34,450 bases of DNA from a virus (Duplodnaviria; Caudoviricetes): IMG/VR virus record IMGVR_UViG_3300037722_000335, positions 1 to 34,450 of that record, one strand, 5' to 3'. Of the stretch, positions 9,930 to 18,738 are shown in pieces. Within the stretch, counting starts at the first letter, position 1, and every line of letters starts with the position of its first letter. Under the pieces are notes generated by a model. The model saw only the letters and a list, made by a program, of their open reading frames with translations. It was not told the DNA's origin and did no database searches. Made by a program: the position numbers and the translations under genes.

Positions 9930-10436
9930 TTAGAACCCCTCTTGAGGTGGAGCTTCTTGCATCGGCTGCTGTGGTTGCATCATACCTTGACCTTGTTGCA
10001 TAGGATCAGCCTGCCCCTGTTGCTGTCCCTTCTGGCCGCTTTCTATTAAAGAGCCGGCTATCCCCGCTGCTTGTTTGCGCTCTTCCGGGGTGGATTTAAT
10101 CCCCGCTATCTCAGCCATTTTCGACACTTCTAGCACCGTCATCTTGATCGACTTAAGAATCAACTGGAGATGCGGCTTACGTCCTGATTGTTTCTTGACC
10201 CGCTCAAGCATCGAGGTTATTATCTGCGATACCACGTTGCCGATACGAACAGGTACAGGCACTTGCTCGTTCATTAACTGCTGCATTATCTGGTCTCGGA
10301 TTCCATCGTCATGTATCGACGTAATGACACCTGCGACAAATTTATCAACTTCGTTTTTATCTTTTGGATAAACTCCGCCTTGTGTCCCCGGCTGTTGCTG
10401 TTGTGCCTGTGGAGCTATCATGCCCTGATCTTCCAT
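9930..10436 (-). CDS. Hypothetical virion-associated protein (Gln-rich termini)
   Basis: 168-aa ORF in the structural operon; AAGGA RBS upstream. Confidence 0.6.
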   Translation of the reverse strand: MEDQGMIAPQAQQQQPGTQGGVYPKDKNEVDKFVAGVITSIHDDGIRDQIMQQLMNEQVPVPVRIGNVVSQIITSMLERVKKQSGRKPHLQLILKSIKMTVLEVSKMAEIAGIKSTPEERKQAAGIAGSLIESGQKGQQQGQADPMQQGQGMMQPQQPMQEAPPQEGF

Positions 10437-10453
10437 ATCTTATCCTTTTAAAG

Positions 10454-11293
10454 TTACCAAGATTCGCCGCCTTTACCCATGTCACCACCGCCGAAACCGC
10501 CCATGCCTGTACCGGATGAACTTGAGTCAGAGTCGTTGCCTCCTCTATCTCCATACCCGCCGTCACCGCCGTTATACCCTCCGGATTCGCTATATCCACC
10601 GTATGACTTTGCACCGAGGCTTTCTGTATCGTCGAGCGAGTAAGAGCCGTATTTGTCCATAGATGACAACCCTGGACTAAGCCCGTATCCGCTTGAGCCA
10701 AGGCCGGGGTCAAGGCCGCCATATGCACCAGCATCGACACCGAAGCCTCTCGCCGTATCGCCGACCGAGAATCCATCGTTTTCTGCCCTGTCCCTTGCAC
10801 CTTCTCTTGCCCTTGTGCCGAGCGCGTCACCGATATAGCCGTCATCAAAAGACTGAGAAGCCATATCGCCGAGAACACTCGCACCTATTGAACCAGCTAA
10901 CGATCCAAGCGGACCAAGGGCAGAGCCAAGCATAGCCCCGGCAACCTGTGAAGCAGATCGTGTAGCGCTCTTTGCCGCACCTTTTAATCCATCAGTTGCT
11001 GCGCCGTAACCTACGCTCATGGCAGGACCGATCAAACCACCGTACCCGCCGAGTGCCCTTGAAAGACCTTCTGTTGCCGCATTTATCCCGGTTTTGGTAG
11101 CTGAAAAAGATCCGTCTTCAGCGTCATCCAATACCCCCGCTACCGTAGGACTTGACAGCCCTGTCACGCCAAGTGCGGCACGAATACCAAAATCGGTAAC
11201 AGCCTCGGTCAGTGCGCTCTGGTCGTATCCGGTCGTTCCGGTGAAGCCTTGATTAGACTGGGAGTTCTGCCCGTTTGGATTAAGGATTCCCAT
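10454..11293 (-). CDS. Gly/Ser-rich putative ejection (pilot) protein
   Basis: Glycine-zipper-like segment (AMLGSALGPLGSLAGSIGASVLG) and low-complexity G/S/D tail; location among internal virion genes. Confidence 0.6.
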   Translation of the reverse strand: MGILNPNGQNSQSNQGFTGTTGYDQSALTEAVTDFGIRAALGVTGLSSPTVAGVLDDAEDGSFSATKTGINAATEGLSRALGGYGGLIGPAMSVGYGAATDGLKGAAKSATRSASQVAGAMLGSALGPLGSLAGSIGASVLGDMASQSFDDGYIGDALGTRAREGARDRAENDGFSVGDTARGFGVDAGAYGGLDPGLGSSGYGLSPGLSSMDKYGSYSLDDTESLGAKSYGGYSESGGYNGGDGGYGDRGGNDSDSSSSGTGMGGFGGGDMGKGGESW

Positions 11294-11633
11294 GATATTT
11301 CGCTCTTTTCGCTGCGGTAAAAGGTACAGAAATAGACTGGTTGTGTTCGTCCCTTATCCGGCGTTGCTCTTCGGTTGTACGGTTGGCTGCTTTCTCTGCT
11401 GCCTTTATGCTACTTTGGTTGGATATATAGCCGAGAGCTCCTTGAGCGGCCCCGACGAGCAGGCCTGAACCAACAGGGGTGTTAATTGCGCTTCCCACTT
11501 TATCCCAAAAACTTGTATCAGCTGCGGTGTTGGTTGTTCCGGGCAATTCAAAAGAGGTATTAAAAGTATCATCCCATTCTGAATCAGAAAAAAATGAATA
11601 ATCGTTAACGTCTAAACTCATATCGTGCTCCAA
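11280..11633 (-). CDS. Putative small internal virion protein
   Basis: Hydrophobic GSGLLVGAAQGALG segment then basic helix; synteny. Start may be the second Met. Confidence 0.5.
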   Translation of the reverse strand: MEHDMSLDVNDYSFFSDSEWDDTFNTSFELPGTTNTAADTSFWDKVGSAINTPVGSGLLVGAAQGALGYISNQSSIKAAEKAANRTTEEQRRIRDEHNQSISVPFTAAKRAKYHGNP

Positions 11634-11665
11634 TAACTAATGATTTACATCTTATATATGAACCG

Positions 11666-12421
11666 TTAAACAACTTCGATTTCAAGGTTGTATAACGACG
11701 CTGTGGTACTCCAACTCTTGTACATCCAGTCGCTCAACCAAGTGGTGACCTCTTCGCTCATTACAATATCAGTGTTGTTGAGCAATGACCCCATCACTCC
11801 TATCATCGTGTTTGTTTGCGCCGCGATAGCGTCTTGAGCTGATTTTCGCTCTGCTGCGCTTATTCCCAGGTCGACCAGCTGTTTATCGAAGTCGAATGTA
11901 AATTGTTTGTAATCCTTCGCAATTTCAGCCTGTAGATACTGCGTACTCTGATTGACTTTCTGAGTATTGCCGTAGTTCTGTTCAGCCAGTGAGCCGGTTA
12001 TTTCTGCGTCATTCTGTTTCTGCTGACTTTCTAGTGCGGCGGTCTGATTGTTGATTAATCCCTGATTCTCAACTGCCTGATTCGCTTTACCGAAATCGGC
12101 GTAAGTGGCAGCATCTGGAGAAGCAATTTCAACAGCCTTGCCAATCATGGCTTCTGTTCCGGCCTGTGCCGTTCCCCTGGTGTTAAGCAAACCCCTTGAG
12201 TTTCCTGTTCTCAATGTTTGCTGTTGTGCCTGTTCCAGCATGGGATTGCCACTCGCCAATAATCCTGTGGCTCTTCCTTCGACCGTGGCCTTGGCCGGAT
12301 CGATATAGCTTTCCACGTCTTTAGTCTGGCCGAGAATAGCATTTGGATCGGTCAGGGTTGGCGCTTTGTATTCGGTGGCCTCGGCATAGACAGGCTGCAA
12401 TGGATCGTAATTGAGGGTCAT
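11666..12421 (-). CDS. Putative internal virion protein
   Basis: Q/A/N-rich helical protein with NSRGLLNT motif, as often seen in podovirus core proteins; synteny. Confidence 0.6.
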   Translation of the reverse strand: MTLNYDPLQPVYAEATEYKAPTLTDPNAILGQTKDVESYIDPAKATVEGRATGLLASGNPMLEQAQQQTLRTGNSRGLLNTRGTAQAGTEAMIGKAVEIASPDAATYADFGKANQAVENQGLINNQTAALESQQKQNDAEITGSLAEQNYGNTQKVNQSTQYLQAEIAKDYKQFTFDFDKQLVDLGISAAERKSAQDAIAAQTNTMIGVMGSLLNNTDIVMSEEVTTWLSDWMYKSWSTTASLYNLEIEVV

Positions 12422-12681
12422 CTGTTTACCTTTTCGTTAATCCTTTTTTGCTCTTGCGCGACATAGTCCGGCATTGTTTCAAAAAACCAGCCAAGGGGAA
12501 TCCACTTGATATTGTCGTCTTTAGTTCTTACCCCCCAATAAACAGGAGGGCCGAAAACATAACCTTCTTTCGAGCGCTGTTCCTGTGAGGCCATATCATC
12601 TAACCAGTGACTTGTTACATTTTTGACTTTCTTGGCGAATAACCATCCGGGGGCTTTGAATTTAATTGTATACATTACCAT
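12418..12681 (-). CDS. Hypothetical protein (possible tail-fibre-associated)
   Basis: 87-aa ORF overlapping both neighbours, right after the tail fibre gene. Confidence 0.55.
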   Translation of the reverse strand: MVMYTIKFKAPGWLFAKKVKNVTSHWLDDMASQEQRSKEGYVFGPPVYWGVRTKDDNIKWIPLGWFFETMPDYVAQEQKRINEKVNR

Positions 12682-13658
12682 GCCTTTACGTATGCAATGC
12701 CTTTAATAAAAAGTGGACGTTTGTCGGATACGCTTGTTACTCCACTATTTGTAATTGATGCCTCTCCGCTGTTGGCTGATGCACCTTCGCTTGTTGGCCT
12801 GTTAGATAATCCAGTTCCACCATGGTTATGGGGAACACCACTTCCTGACGATGCTGTGTTTCCTCCTGTACCTTTAGCGACAGTGAGGAAATTCCCACCG
12901 TAATAATATGTTGTATCTGTTGGTATCCCACCATGAACATGTGGCCCGTTGTGTGCCTCGGTCAGGGCAAAATCTCCCGTAGTATGGGCGTGGTCTATAA
13001 AGTGAGTATGGGCGTTAGCGTGTGTGTGGTCTACATTATGGACGTGAGTATCGGTATTAGAACCACCAACCGCGCCACACGAACTTGACCCCATGAAAAA
13101 ACGGTCGTCGTCTATTTTTGGGAGATACCGACCGGTTGCGTTCCAATATGGCGAAAGAGGATGATTTAACGCTGCGCCGTTGGCAGCATATAAGCCGATT
13201 GAGTTATATAAAGCGTTAAACGCCGCAGGGGTGGTTGTTACCCCGACAAACCCGCCATTGTTTGCATCGGTGTAATACCCGCCGATAAACATCGAAACTG
13301 TGCCAACAGGGATGTCGCTTCGCAGGGCGATAGTTCCTGATCTGTCCTGATATGTGTATTCTCTCTCTGAGGTGTTGATGTTCGATAGTTGTGAAACTAT
13401 CGAACCGGCCTCGTTTGGAAACTGTACCTTGTTTGCCAATAACCCTACAGCCTTGAGTAAGGCAAGTGCCTCTTCTGTGGTTCGAACTTCCAGTTTAGAT
13501 CCGGCGGGGTTGACAAAAACAGGCAGATTTCCGCTACTGTCTAAAACTGGCATCTTATCAAAAGCCTGTCCAATGACTGCAAGTTCGTTGCGGATTATGG
13601 AGGAATTTAATTTAGATCCAGTTGACGGAACACCAGTAGGAGTATAATAATCGTTCAT
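12675..13658 (-). CDS. Tail fibre protein with collar-like region and His-x-His metal-binding repeats
   Basis: N-terminal anchor (MNDYYT...IRNEL...AFDK), IPVGTV collar-like start, multiple HxH motifs (THVHNVDHTHANAHTHFIDHAH, HVH, HNH). Confidence 0.75.
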   Translation of the reverse strand: MNDYYTPTGVPSTGSKLNSSIIRNELAVIGQAFDKMPVLDSSGNLPVFVNPAGSKLEVRTTEEALALLKAVGLLANKVQFPNEAGSIVSQLSNINTSEREYTYQDRSGTIALRSDIPVGTVSMFIGGYYTDANNGGFVGVTTTPAAFNALYNSIGLYAANGAALNHPLSPYWNATGRYLPKIDDDRFFMGSSSCGAVGGSNTDTHVHNVDHTHANAHTHFIDHAHTTGDFALTEAHNGPHVHGGIPTDTTYYYGGNFLTVAKGTGGNTASSGSGVPHNHGGTGLSNRPTSEGASANSGEASITNSGVTSVSDKRPLFIKGIAYVKAW

Positions 13659-15811
13659 CTCATTTCCCTTGTCGCTTTAAATTGTACTAAAGCCCCCGAC
13701 ATTTTTAACTGACTGCAATAGTCGCTTGATCCCGATAGTTTCAAAGAAATGTTCTCCCCGGTTCCGTATAGTTTAAAATATGATGGAGTAAGTGTTTTAC
13801 CATCCCATATCCCGACATCCCAATTGCCATTATCCCAACTACCGACCGCGAACGTCAGTTCCTTGGTTGTCTCGTTTGGTTGGATAACGTTGGCATCGCC
13901 ATATGACAGTTCGTATGATGAATAGAATTTAGAATATCCTGTGCCTTTGGCTTCTATGGTCAGCTTGTGGAATTTCTTTTTTATTGTTGGGCTACCAAAA
14001 TTATCAAAAGTGAAATCGGCAAACCAGTCGATATTCTCACCGTCAAAACTTTGGCCCTTATTCATTTGCCGGACAAATCCATCATCACAGCCGAACATGA
14101 TTACCTCTTTGCCTGTTGAGTCTTCAATCGAGCAGACACACGACACCTGGTGGGCTAAGCGCATAGGCATGAAAGCGGCAATCTCTCCGTTTTTAATTGT
14201 GGCGCATAAGGCGGTTTTGTCGGCAAAGAATATCCAGTATTGATTTTTCTCCCTGACAATACACGATGCGACAACTTGTGTTTTCTTGGTAGTTAGCCAG
14301 CTGTGGATGTTCTGACTAACTGTTGCGTCGGCAAAGTTGCCGTAGCTTTGGGTGGTGCTTAACTTGGTCACTCCCCGATCGTCGAGAGAAAAGGTGTTGC
14401 CAAGAATCTGCGGAGTCCAATCGATCGCCCCGGCTTTACTTTTCCGCTGATGCACTAAAACGCGATCATCTTTTGATGTGCCGTAAAGGACACCGAAAGA
14501 ATTTCGTGTGAAAATTGCTAAAGCGTTACCTGAATCGTTACCTATCTGTGGCACGAAGCCTGTTATATCATCACCAAGAGCTATTTCATCTTCTCCCCCG
14601 GCGGTCGGAGAAAACTTGTAAGGAAAACCGATTGCCGATACCTGCACCGAAGGACCGAAGGAATAGAACAGTGAATATGTATGCTCAACAACATGATCCG
14701 GAGCGTCGGGAATCATCCATGTATTTATTGGCACGAAAGTCGTTCCGTCGAACTCAAAGCCCCTGTTTTTCCCATCAACACCATACATGCGTTTGGTTGA
14801 TGTGCTGCCGGTAAAGTTGGAGTTGTCAAAATCAAACCTGCCGGCGGGAAGATCAAACGCTATGTTCAAACTATTCCCGGCTATGTCTGCAATGTTTATT
14901 GCCGAGCCAAGATTTAGAGTCTCTGCTACAAAACTGCCTGTTTGATCTTTTAGAATAAACCGCCCTTCTGCCGTCCCGGCGAGAAAATTACCATCCTCCA
15001 GAACAACTCTGGCTATTTGGGCCGACGCTCCACTTGCCGCCCCGACAATTATAGAATCTTCCAAGGGCTCGAAACTACCTGAAGTAAATAAAAGCTCCTT
15101 GCCCAAATCAACCGGTACCCATCCGGTAACAGAATGGCTGTACATAACCCCGGCATTTCCGGCCTCATTATCCCTGAATGCATACCAGACATCATTAAAT
15201 AACCAAATACCTCTAATGGGTCCTGATCCAGGCACAGCCTCAATGCGGCTGCGGTAAATATCCTCAGCCATGTTTTTATAAATTGCGTCCAGTTCGGGCG
15301 TGTCCGCACTGCCGACTGTTCTGGCCAATCCGATACAAACTCCGACCGGTTCACCGTTTACGTACAGGGCTCCGTCTTCTCCCGGCTCACCGTCCTGTAA
15401 ATCTGACTCACCGTCGATAATACTGTCCGTACCATCGACCAGATACGACCCAACATCTGGGGCGTATTCTTTGAAAACACCGAATGTATCAACGAGGATA
15501 AGTAACTCAGTATCAAATCCGGCTATTGTGGCATACACATTACCGTCGATATTGGTTATCAGGTCACCGACATTGACGGTACTGTTGACTATCGCCGGGA
15601 GGACGATATAATAAGCCGACGACGGTGCAGGCAGTCCGCTGAATGCCTCATATCCATTTAGCGTTGAATATCCACTATTTACCTCTTGGTACAAATTCTC
15701 CGAATCACGAACCCGACCAGAGATAGATTCCATTTCCGGCGTCTCGGTATCCAACCCGCCCTGAAAGGAAATCTTTCTGGTGTGCATGGTGATTCTGGGC
15801 AGTTTCAACAC
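13655..15811 (-). CDS. Tail nozzle / DNA stabilization protein (P22 gp10 / tail tubular B-like)
   Basis: 718 aa, beta-rich, N-terminal SFQGGLD motif; follows the adaptor gene. Confidence 0.7.
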   Translation of the reverse strand: MLKLPRITMHTRKISFQGGLDTETPEMESISGRVRDSENLYQEVNSGYSTLNGYEAFSGLPAPSSAYYIVLPAIVNSTVNVGDLITNIDGNVYATIAGFDTELLILVDTFGVFKEYAPDVGSYLVDGTDSIIDGESDLQDGEPGEDGALYVNGEPVGVCIGLARTVGSADTPELDAIYKNMAEDIYRSRIEAVPGSGPIRGIWLFNDVWYAFRDNEAGNAGVMYSHSVTGWVPVDLGKELLFTSGSFEPLEDSIIVGAASGASAQIARVVLEDGNFLAGTAEGRFILKDQTGSFVAETLNLGSAINIADIAGNSLNIAFDLPAGRFDFDNSNFTGSTSTKRMYGVDGKNRGFEFDGTTFVPINTWMIPDAPDHVVEHTYSLFYSFGPSVQVSAIGFPYKFSPTAGGEDEIALGDDITGFVPQIGNDSGNALAIFTRNSFGVLYGTSKDDRVLVHQRKSKAGAIDWTPQILGNTFSLDDRGVTKLSTTQSYGNFADATVSQNIHSWLTTKKTQVVASCIVREKNQYWIFFADKTALCATIKNGEIAAFMPMRLAHQVSCVCSIEDSTGKEVIMFGCDDGFVRQMNKGQSFDGENIDWFADFTFDNFGSPTIKKKFHKLTIEAKGTGYSKFYSSYELSYGDANVIQPNETTKELTFAVGSWDNGNWDVGIWDGKTLTPSYFKLYGTGENISLKLSGSSDYCSQLKMSGALVQFKATREMR

Positions 15812-16473
15812 AAAGGCGCTCCACGCTGTAAGGTTGGAAGTTCGTTGTATTCCATATTGCCTTTTATCCTTTTGTACTCCCCGGCGGCAAAGGTGAACTT
15901 ATCAGCCTCCACATAGTCAGCCCCGTAATAAACGATTGCTCGCCAGACTATCAGCCAGTGGTAATCGCTATCGAAGACCGGCTCGCTATCGTCAGCCGTG
16001 AGGTCAAGCCCTTTTTTGTACTTGTTGCCGTAAATCGTAAAGGCATCGTCAGGAGTGGGCCATATAACAATACTCCTGTCTGGTTTGACCGTAAACTCGC
16101 ACGGCTGACCTGTTTGAGTTCTGGCACTGCCGAACAGATTAACCCGTTTAAAGTACTCCCACTCGGTGAAAATGAGGTCGTGTTCGTTCGGTAATTCTTT
16201 CCACCACCGGACGTCTTCGGTGATCCAATTTTTAAAATCAGTCTGACCCGCTTCATCCGGGGTGTATTGCGACTTGCCGGAAGTAGTCTGGAAAGTGAAG
16301 TCACCATACAGAAATTGCCAGTCATCATGCATGGCCAAAATATCCCGGTACGACATATCCAGCCAGTCGATTATCTTAGCCTCTTCACCGGACACGTTGA
16401 CCGTGGAAACAGGGCCGCTGTCAGACATGCCGGAATGAAAGGCTATCTTTTGTGCAATAGTTAACTTGTTCAA
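15805..16473 (-). CDS. Head-tail adaptor (tail tubular protein A-like)
   Basis: 222 aa with W.FL...F.T..GK..Y and IWPTPD motifs; synteny after the capsid genes. Confidence 0.7.
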   Translation of the reverse strand: MNKLTIAQKIAFHSGMSDSGPVSTVNVSGEEAKIIDWLDMSYRDILAMHDDWQFLYGDFTFQTTSGKSQYTPDEAGQTDFKNWITEDVRWWKELPNEHDLIFTEWEYFKRVNLFGSARTQTGQPCEFTVKPDRSIVIWPTPDDAFTIYGNKYKKGLDLTADDSEPVFDSDYHWLIVWRAIVYYGADYVEADKFTFAAGEYKRIKGNMEYNELPTLQRGAPLC

Positions 16474-16475
16474 TA

Positions 16476-17024
16476 CTATGCCCCTTTAAAGCTAGGCCAA
16501 AACGACCTGATGGCTTTTGTTAACTCGCCCCTGTGATCACACGTCCAATAAGGGCAATTTACCTCAGCCGTGTATCTTGCTAAGGCTGCATCCAGTTTAT
16601 CTTTGTAGTAGCCAATGAAGTAAGTTTTACCTCTTATTTTCATATATGCTGACCACATCTTGTGACGTTTTGCCCAAGATATTCCTGGAAACCCTGATGT
16701 ATTTCTACGGTCAATAGTCTTATTTTGCATATTACAACTAGCCGTCACGTGTCTTAAATTTTCAAGTATGTTGTTGTCTCTAACTCCGTCTATATGATCT
16801 ATGTCGTTTTCAGGAAAATAACCATAAACATACAACCAAACTAAACGGTGAGCTGCGTAATCAATGTAGTTAATCTTAATTCGCACATACCCTAACCGTA
16901 AAGATCCAGTTATATCGCCAATCTTAACCTTGTTGTTATTGCTTACACGCCTCTTAAATATTCCAGTTTTAGGGTCGTAGTAAAGTTGCCGTTTAAGTTC
17001 TTTTTGTGTCAATTTTTCTTTCAT
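16476..17024 (-). CDS. HNH homing endonuclease with C-terminal AP2-like DNA-binding domain
   Basis: YDPKTGIF...AHRLVW...IDHIDGVRDNNILENLR...N HNH signature, then NTSGFPGISW...W.A...IGYY AP2-like domain; visibly lower GC than flanks. Confidence 0.92.
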   Translation of the reverse strand: MKEKLTQKELKRQLYYDPKTGIFKRRVSNNNKVKIGDITGSLRLGYVRIKINYIDYAAHRLVWLYVYGYFPENDIDHIDGVRDNNILENLRHVTASCNMQNKTIDRRNTSGFPGISWAKRHKMWSAYMKIRGKTYFIGYYKDKLDAALARYTAEVNCPYWTCDHRGELTKAIRSFWPSFKGA

Positions 17025-17055
17025 CTCAAACCTTACAAGAGAAACCTATAATAAA

Positions 17056-17104
17056 AAATGGCAGACGTTAGGTTGACGCTTTTCGGGAGCTACCCTAGCC
17101 ATTT
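17056..17104 (-). ncRNA. Structured leader RNA (three-way junction candidate) upstream of HNH gene
   Basis: Minus strand AAATGGC-TA-GGGTAGCTCCC-GAAAA-GCGT-CAACCTA-ACGT-CT-GCCATTT: closing 7-bp stem plus two inner hairpins. Confidence 0.55.
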
Positions 17105-17116
17105 CTATTTTTGTCT

Positions 17117-17125
17117 ATTATACCA
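17117..17125 (-). promoter_or_regulatory. Extended -10 promoter for the HNH gene
   Basis: TGGTATAAT (TGn plus consensus TATAAT) just upstream of the structured leader. Confidence 0.6.
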
Positions 17126-17133
17126 TACTTTTA

Positions 17134-17562
17134 TCATGGCTGCGCTAGTATTTGTTCAAGCCATTCGCGCCCCCGTGGGTGCGGGTCACGTATAACCACA
17201 AAGTCTGCGGTCAGTGTCGTTGTCGGGATCATCTGAATATTAGAAGGGTCCATTGGATTCTGCACCAGTTGCTCGTAATCGGTGATTCTTGAACGGGCCA
17301 TTGCTTCGACATATTTCCTCTTCACGTCCTGGTTGATACCCCTGATTATATTCTGTCGAACCGAATTGACCGCCGGGGCTATCGTTGGCAGAGACCCGGG
17401 TGTTTTATCGTGCTGTACCCTGATGGTAAGTACCTGTTCCATAAAGGCCGATAAATCAATATCACCCTCAACTACCTTCTCAATCGGCCCGTTTGTGCCA
17501 ATTTCAGGCAAAGTCTTTGCTTTATCTTGCCCTACGCTATTCGCTATTGTTTCTCTTCCCAT
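17134..17562 (-). CDS. Conserved capsid-operon hypothetical protein
   Basis: FMEQ.LTIR...VN...I.RG....VKRKYVE..AR pattern, of the kind seen downstream of N4-gp56-type capsid genes; GAGG RBS. Confidence 0.65.
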   Translation of the reverse strand: MGRETIANSVGQDKAKTLPEIGTNGPIEKVVEGDIDLSAFMEQVLTIRVQHDKTPGSLPTIAPAVNSVRQNIIRGINQDVKRKYVEAMARSRITDYEQLVQNPMDPSNIQMIPTTTLTADFVVIRDPHPRGREWLEQILAQP

Positions 17563-17571
17563 GTTTACCTC

Positions 17572-17591
17572 AAAGGGGGATTGCTCCCCCT
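17572..17591 (-). terminator. GNRA-capped hairpin / weak intrinsic terminator after the capsid genes
   Basis: AGGGGGA-GCAA-TCCCCCT followed by a short U run on the minus strand. Confidence 0.55.
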
Positions 17592-17611
17592 GTCTGAATT
17601 ATCTGTCTGAC

Positions 17612-18085
17612 CTACACCAATAAAGGCTCAATCGGTGGAGTGAACACATCGATATAAGTTTCTGTTACGTTAGCCGCATCGAGTGCCGTGGTGCCTGGCG
17701 TAAAGTTAGCGGTTGACGCGGTATCGACTCGGACATAACCGAGAACACAATAATCGGCAGGAGCAAGCGGCCAATCAAGTACGGCTGCGCCAGCTACCAT
17801 GTCGGCAGTTAAAACAGGATTACCCTGGACGCTTAGTCTGGTCCCGGCTGCATTTATGCAAATCGCATACAGGCAAGATGTCAGCAGTCCTTGCGCTGGT
17901 GCTGCGGTTAACGGAATATTATCGGCTGCGTCGGCCAGATGATAAACAATACCTTTAATGCAATAGTCTACCCCTGCACCGTTGGGCGCAGCGGTAGCGG
18001 TTCCGGTTTTTGTACCGTCACCCAGGACAAGGCCAGCTTTGCAAAGGCAAGCCGTTAATCCGCGTGGATCGTTATTTAAATTCAT
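17612..18085 (-). CDS. Putative capsid decoration/cement protein (paralog 2)
   Basis: Ala/Gly/Thr-rich; shares F..xTTALDA...T..YI motif with the upstream gene. Confidence 0.55.
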   Translation of the reverse strand: MNLNNDPRGLTACLCKAGLVLGDGTKTGTATAAPNGAGVDYCIKGIVYHLADAADNIPLTAAPAQGLLTSCLYAICINAAGTRLSVQGNPVLTADMVAGAAVLDWPLAPADYCVLGYVRVDTASTANFTPGTTALDAANVTETYIDVFTPPIEPLLV

Positions 18086-18088
18086 GTT

Positions 18089-18682
18089 TTAAATCTCCAA
18101 AGATAGTGCGGCGAGAGTCGCCGGAGTTGCCGGGGCCAAAGTCGGGCCAACGGTGCTAATATAAAGATCGGTAGCCGTACCAGCGTCAAGTGCTGTGGTA
18201 TTGCCGACAAAGGTTGCGCCTGAAGTTGAGACTACCAGAAAGCCGATTAATGCATTGCCGTCAGGAACAGCTACCGCGTTAATCAGTACAAAGGCCGCGT
18301 CGGCATCGTCAGCGTCGGCGGTTTTGGCACTGGTGGTAATAGTCCCGGCATCATCGATAAAAAACGCCCATCCAGCTGACTTGCCATCGGCTATTGTCCC
18401 GGCCAAAACCGACATATCACCGGCTGCCTTGTATCCTGTTACGCCCCCGGCGGTATAGATAAAACCGTTGGCCGCTGTGGGTTTGAGTTTTGAACCACCG
18501 GCTATCGTCAAACCGGCGCCTGAAGACAGGAAGTTACTTGCCCTGCCGGAGAAATCCCCGACCATAAGCAATCCTGCATCTCGCAACATAGCAAGATCGG
18601 CAAGCACGGACTCAAGAAGCCCCCGCACTGCCTTTTTGTTCTGCGACCCTTGCATGGCCGCTGTTGCTGTTTTTATTCCCAT
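18089..18682 (-). CDS. Putative capsid decoration/cement protein (paralog 1)
   Basis: Immediately after the major capsid gene; Ala/Gly/Thr-rich; FVGNTTALDAGTATDLYI. Confidence 0.55.
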   Translation of the reverse strand: MGIKTATAAMQGSQNKKAVRGLLESVLADLAMLRDAGLLMVGDFSGRASNFLSSGAGLTIAGGSKLKPTAANGFIYTAGGVTGYKAAGDMSVLAGTIADGKSAGWAFFIDDAGTITTSAKTADADDADAAFVLINAVAVPDGNALIGFLVVSTSGATFVGNTTALDAGTATDLYISTVGPTLAPATPATLAALSLEI

Positions 18683-18738
18683 GGTTCACCTTATGTTGCG
18701 CTCGATGCGTTGAGCGCTTTGTTATTCAGGACGTTCTT

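Noticed and set aside
10357-10884. 175-aa alternate-frame ORF overlapping the Gly-rich gene
   Set aside because: Shadow of low-complexity Gly/Ser codons; no RBS or recognisable motif.
17056-17104. Hammerhead ribozyme interpretation of the HNH leader (three stems plus GAAA)
   Set aside because: Lacks the CUGANGA core.
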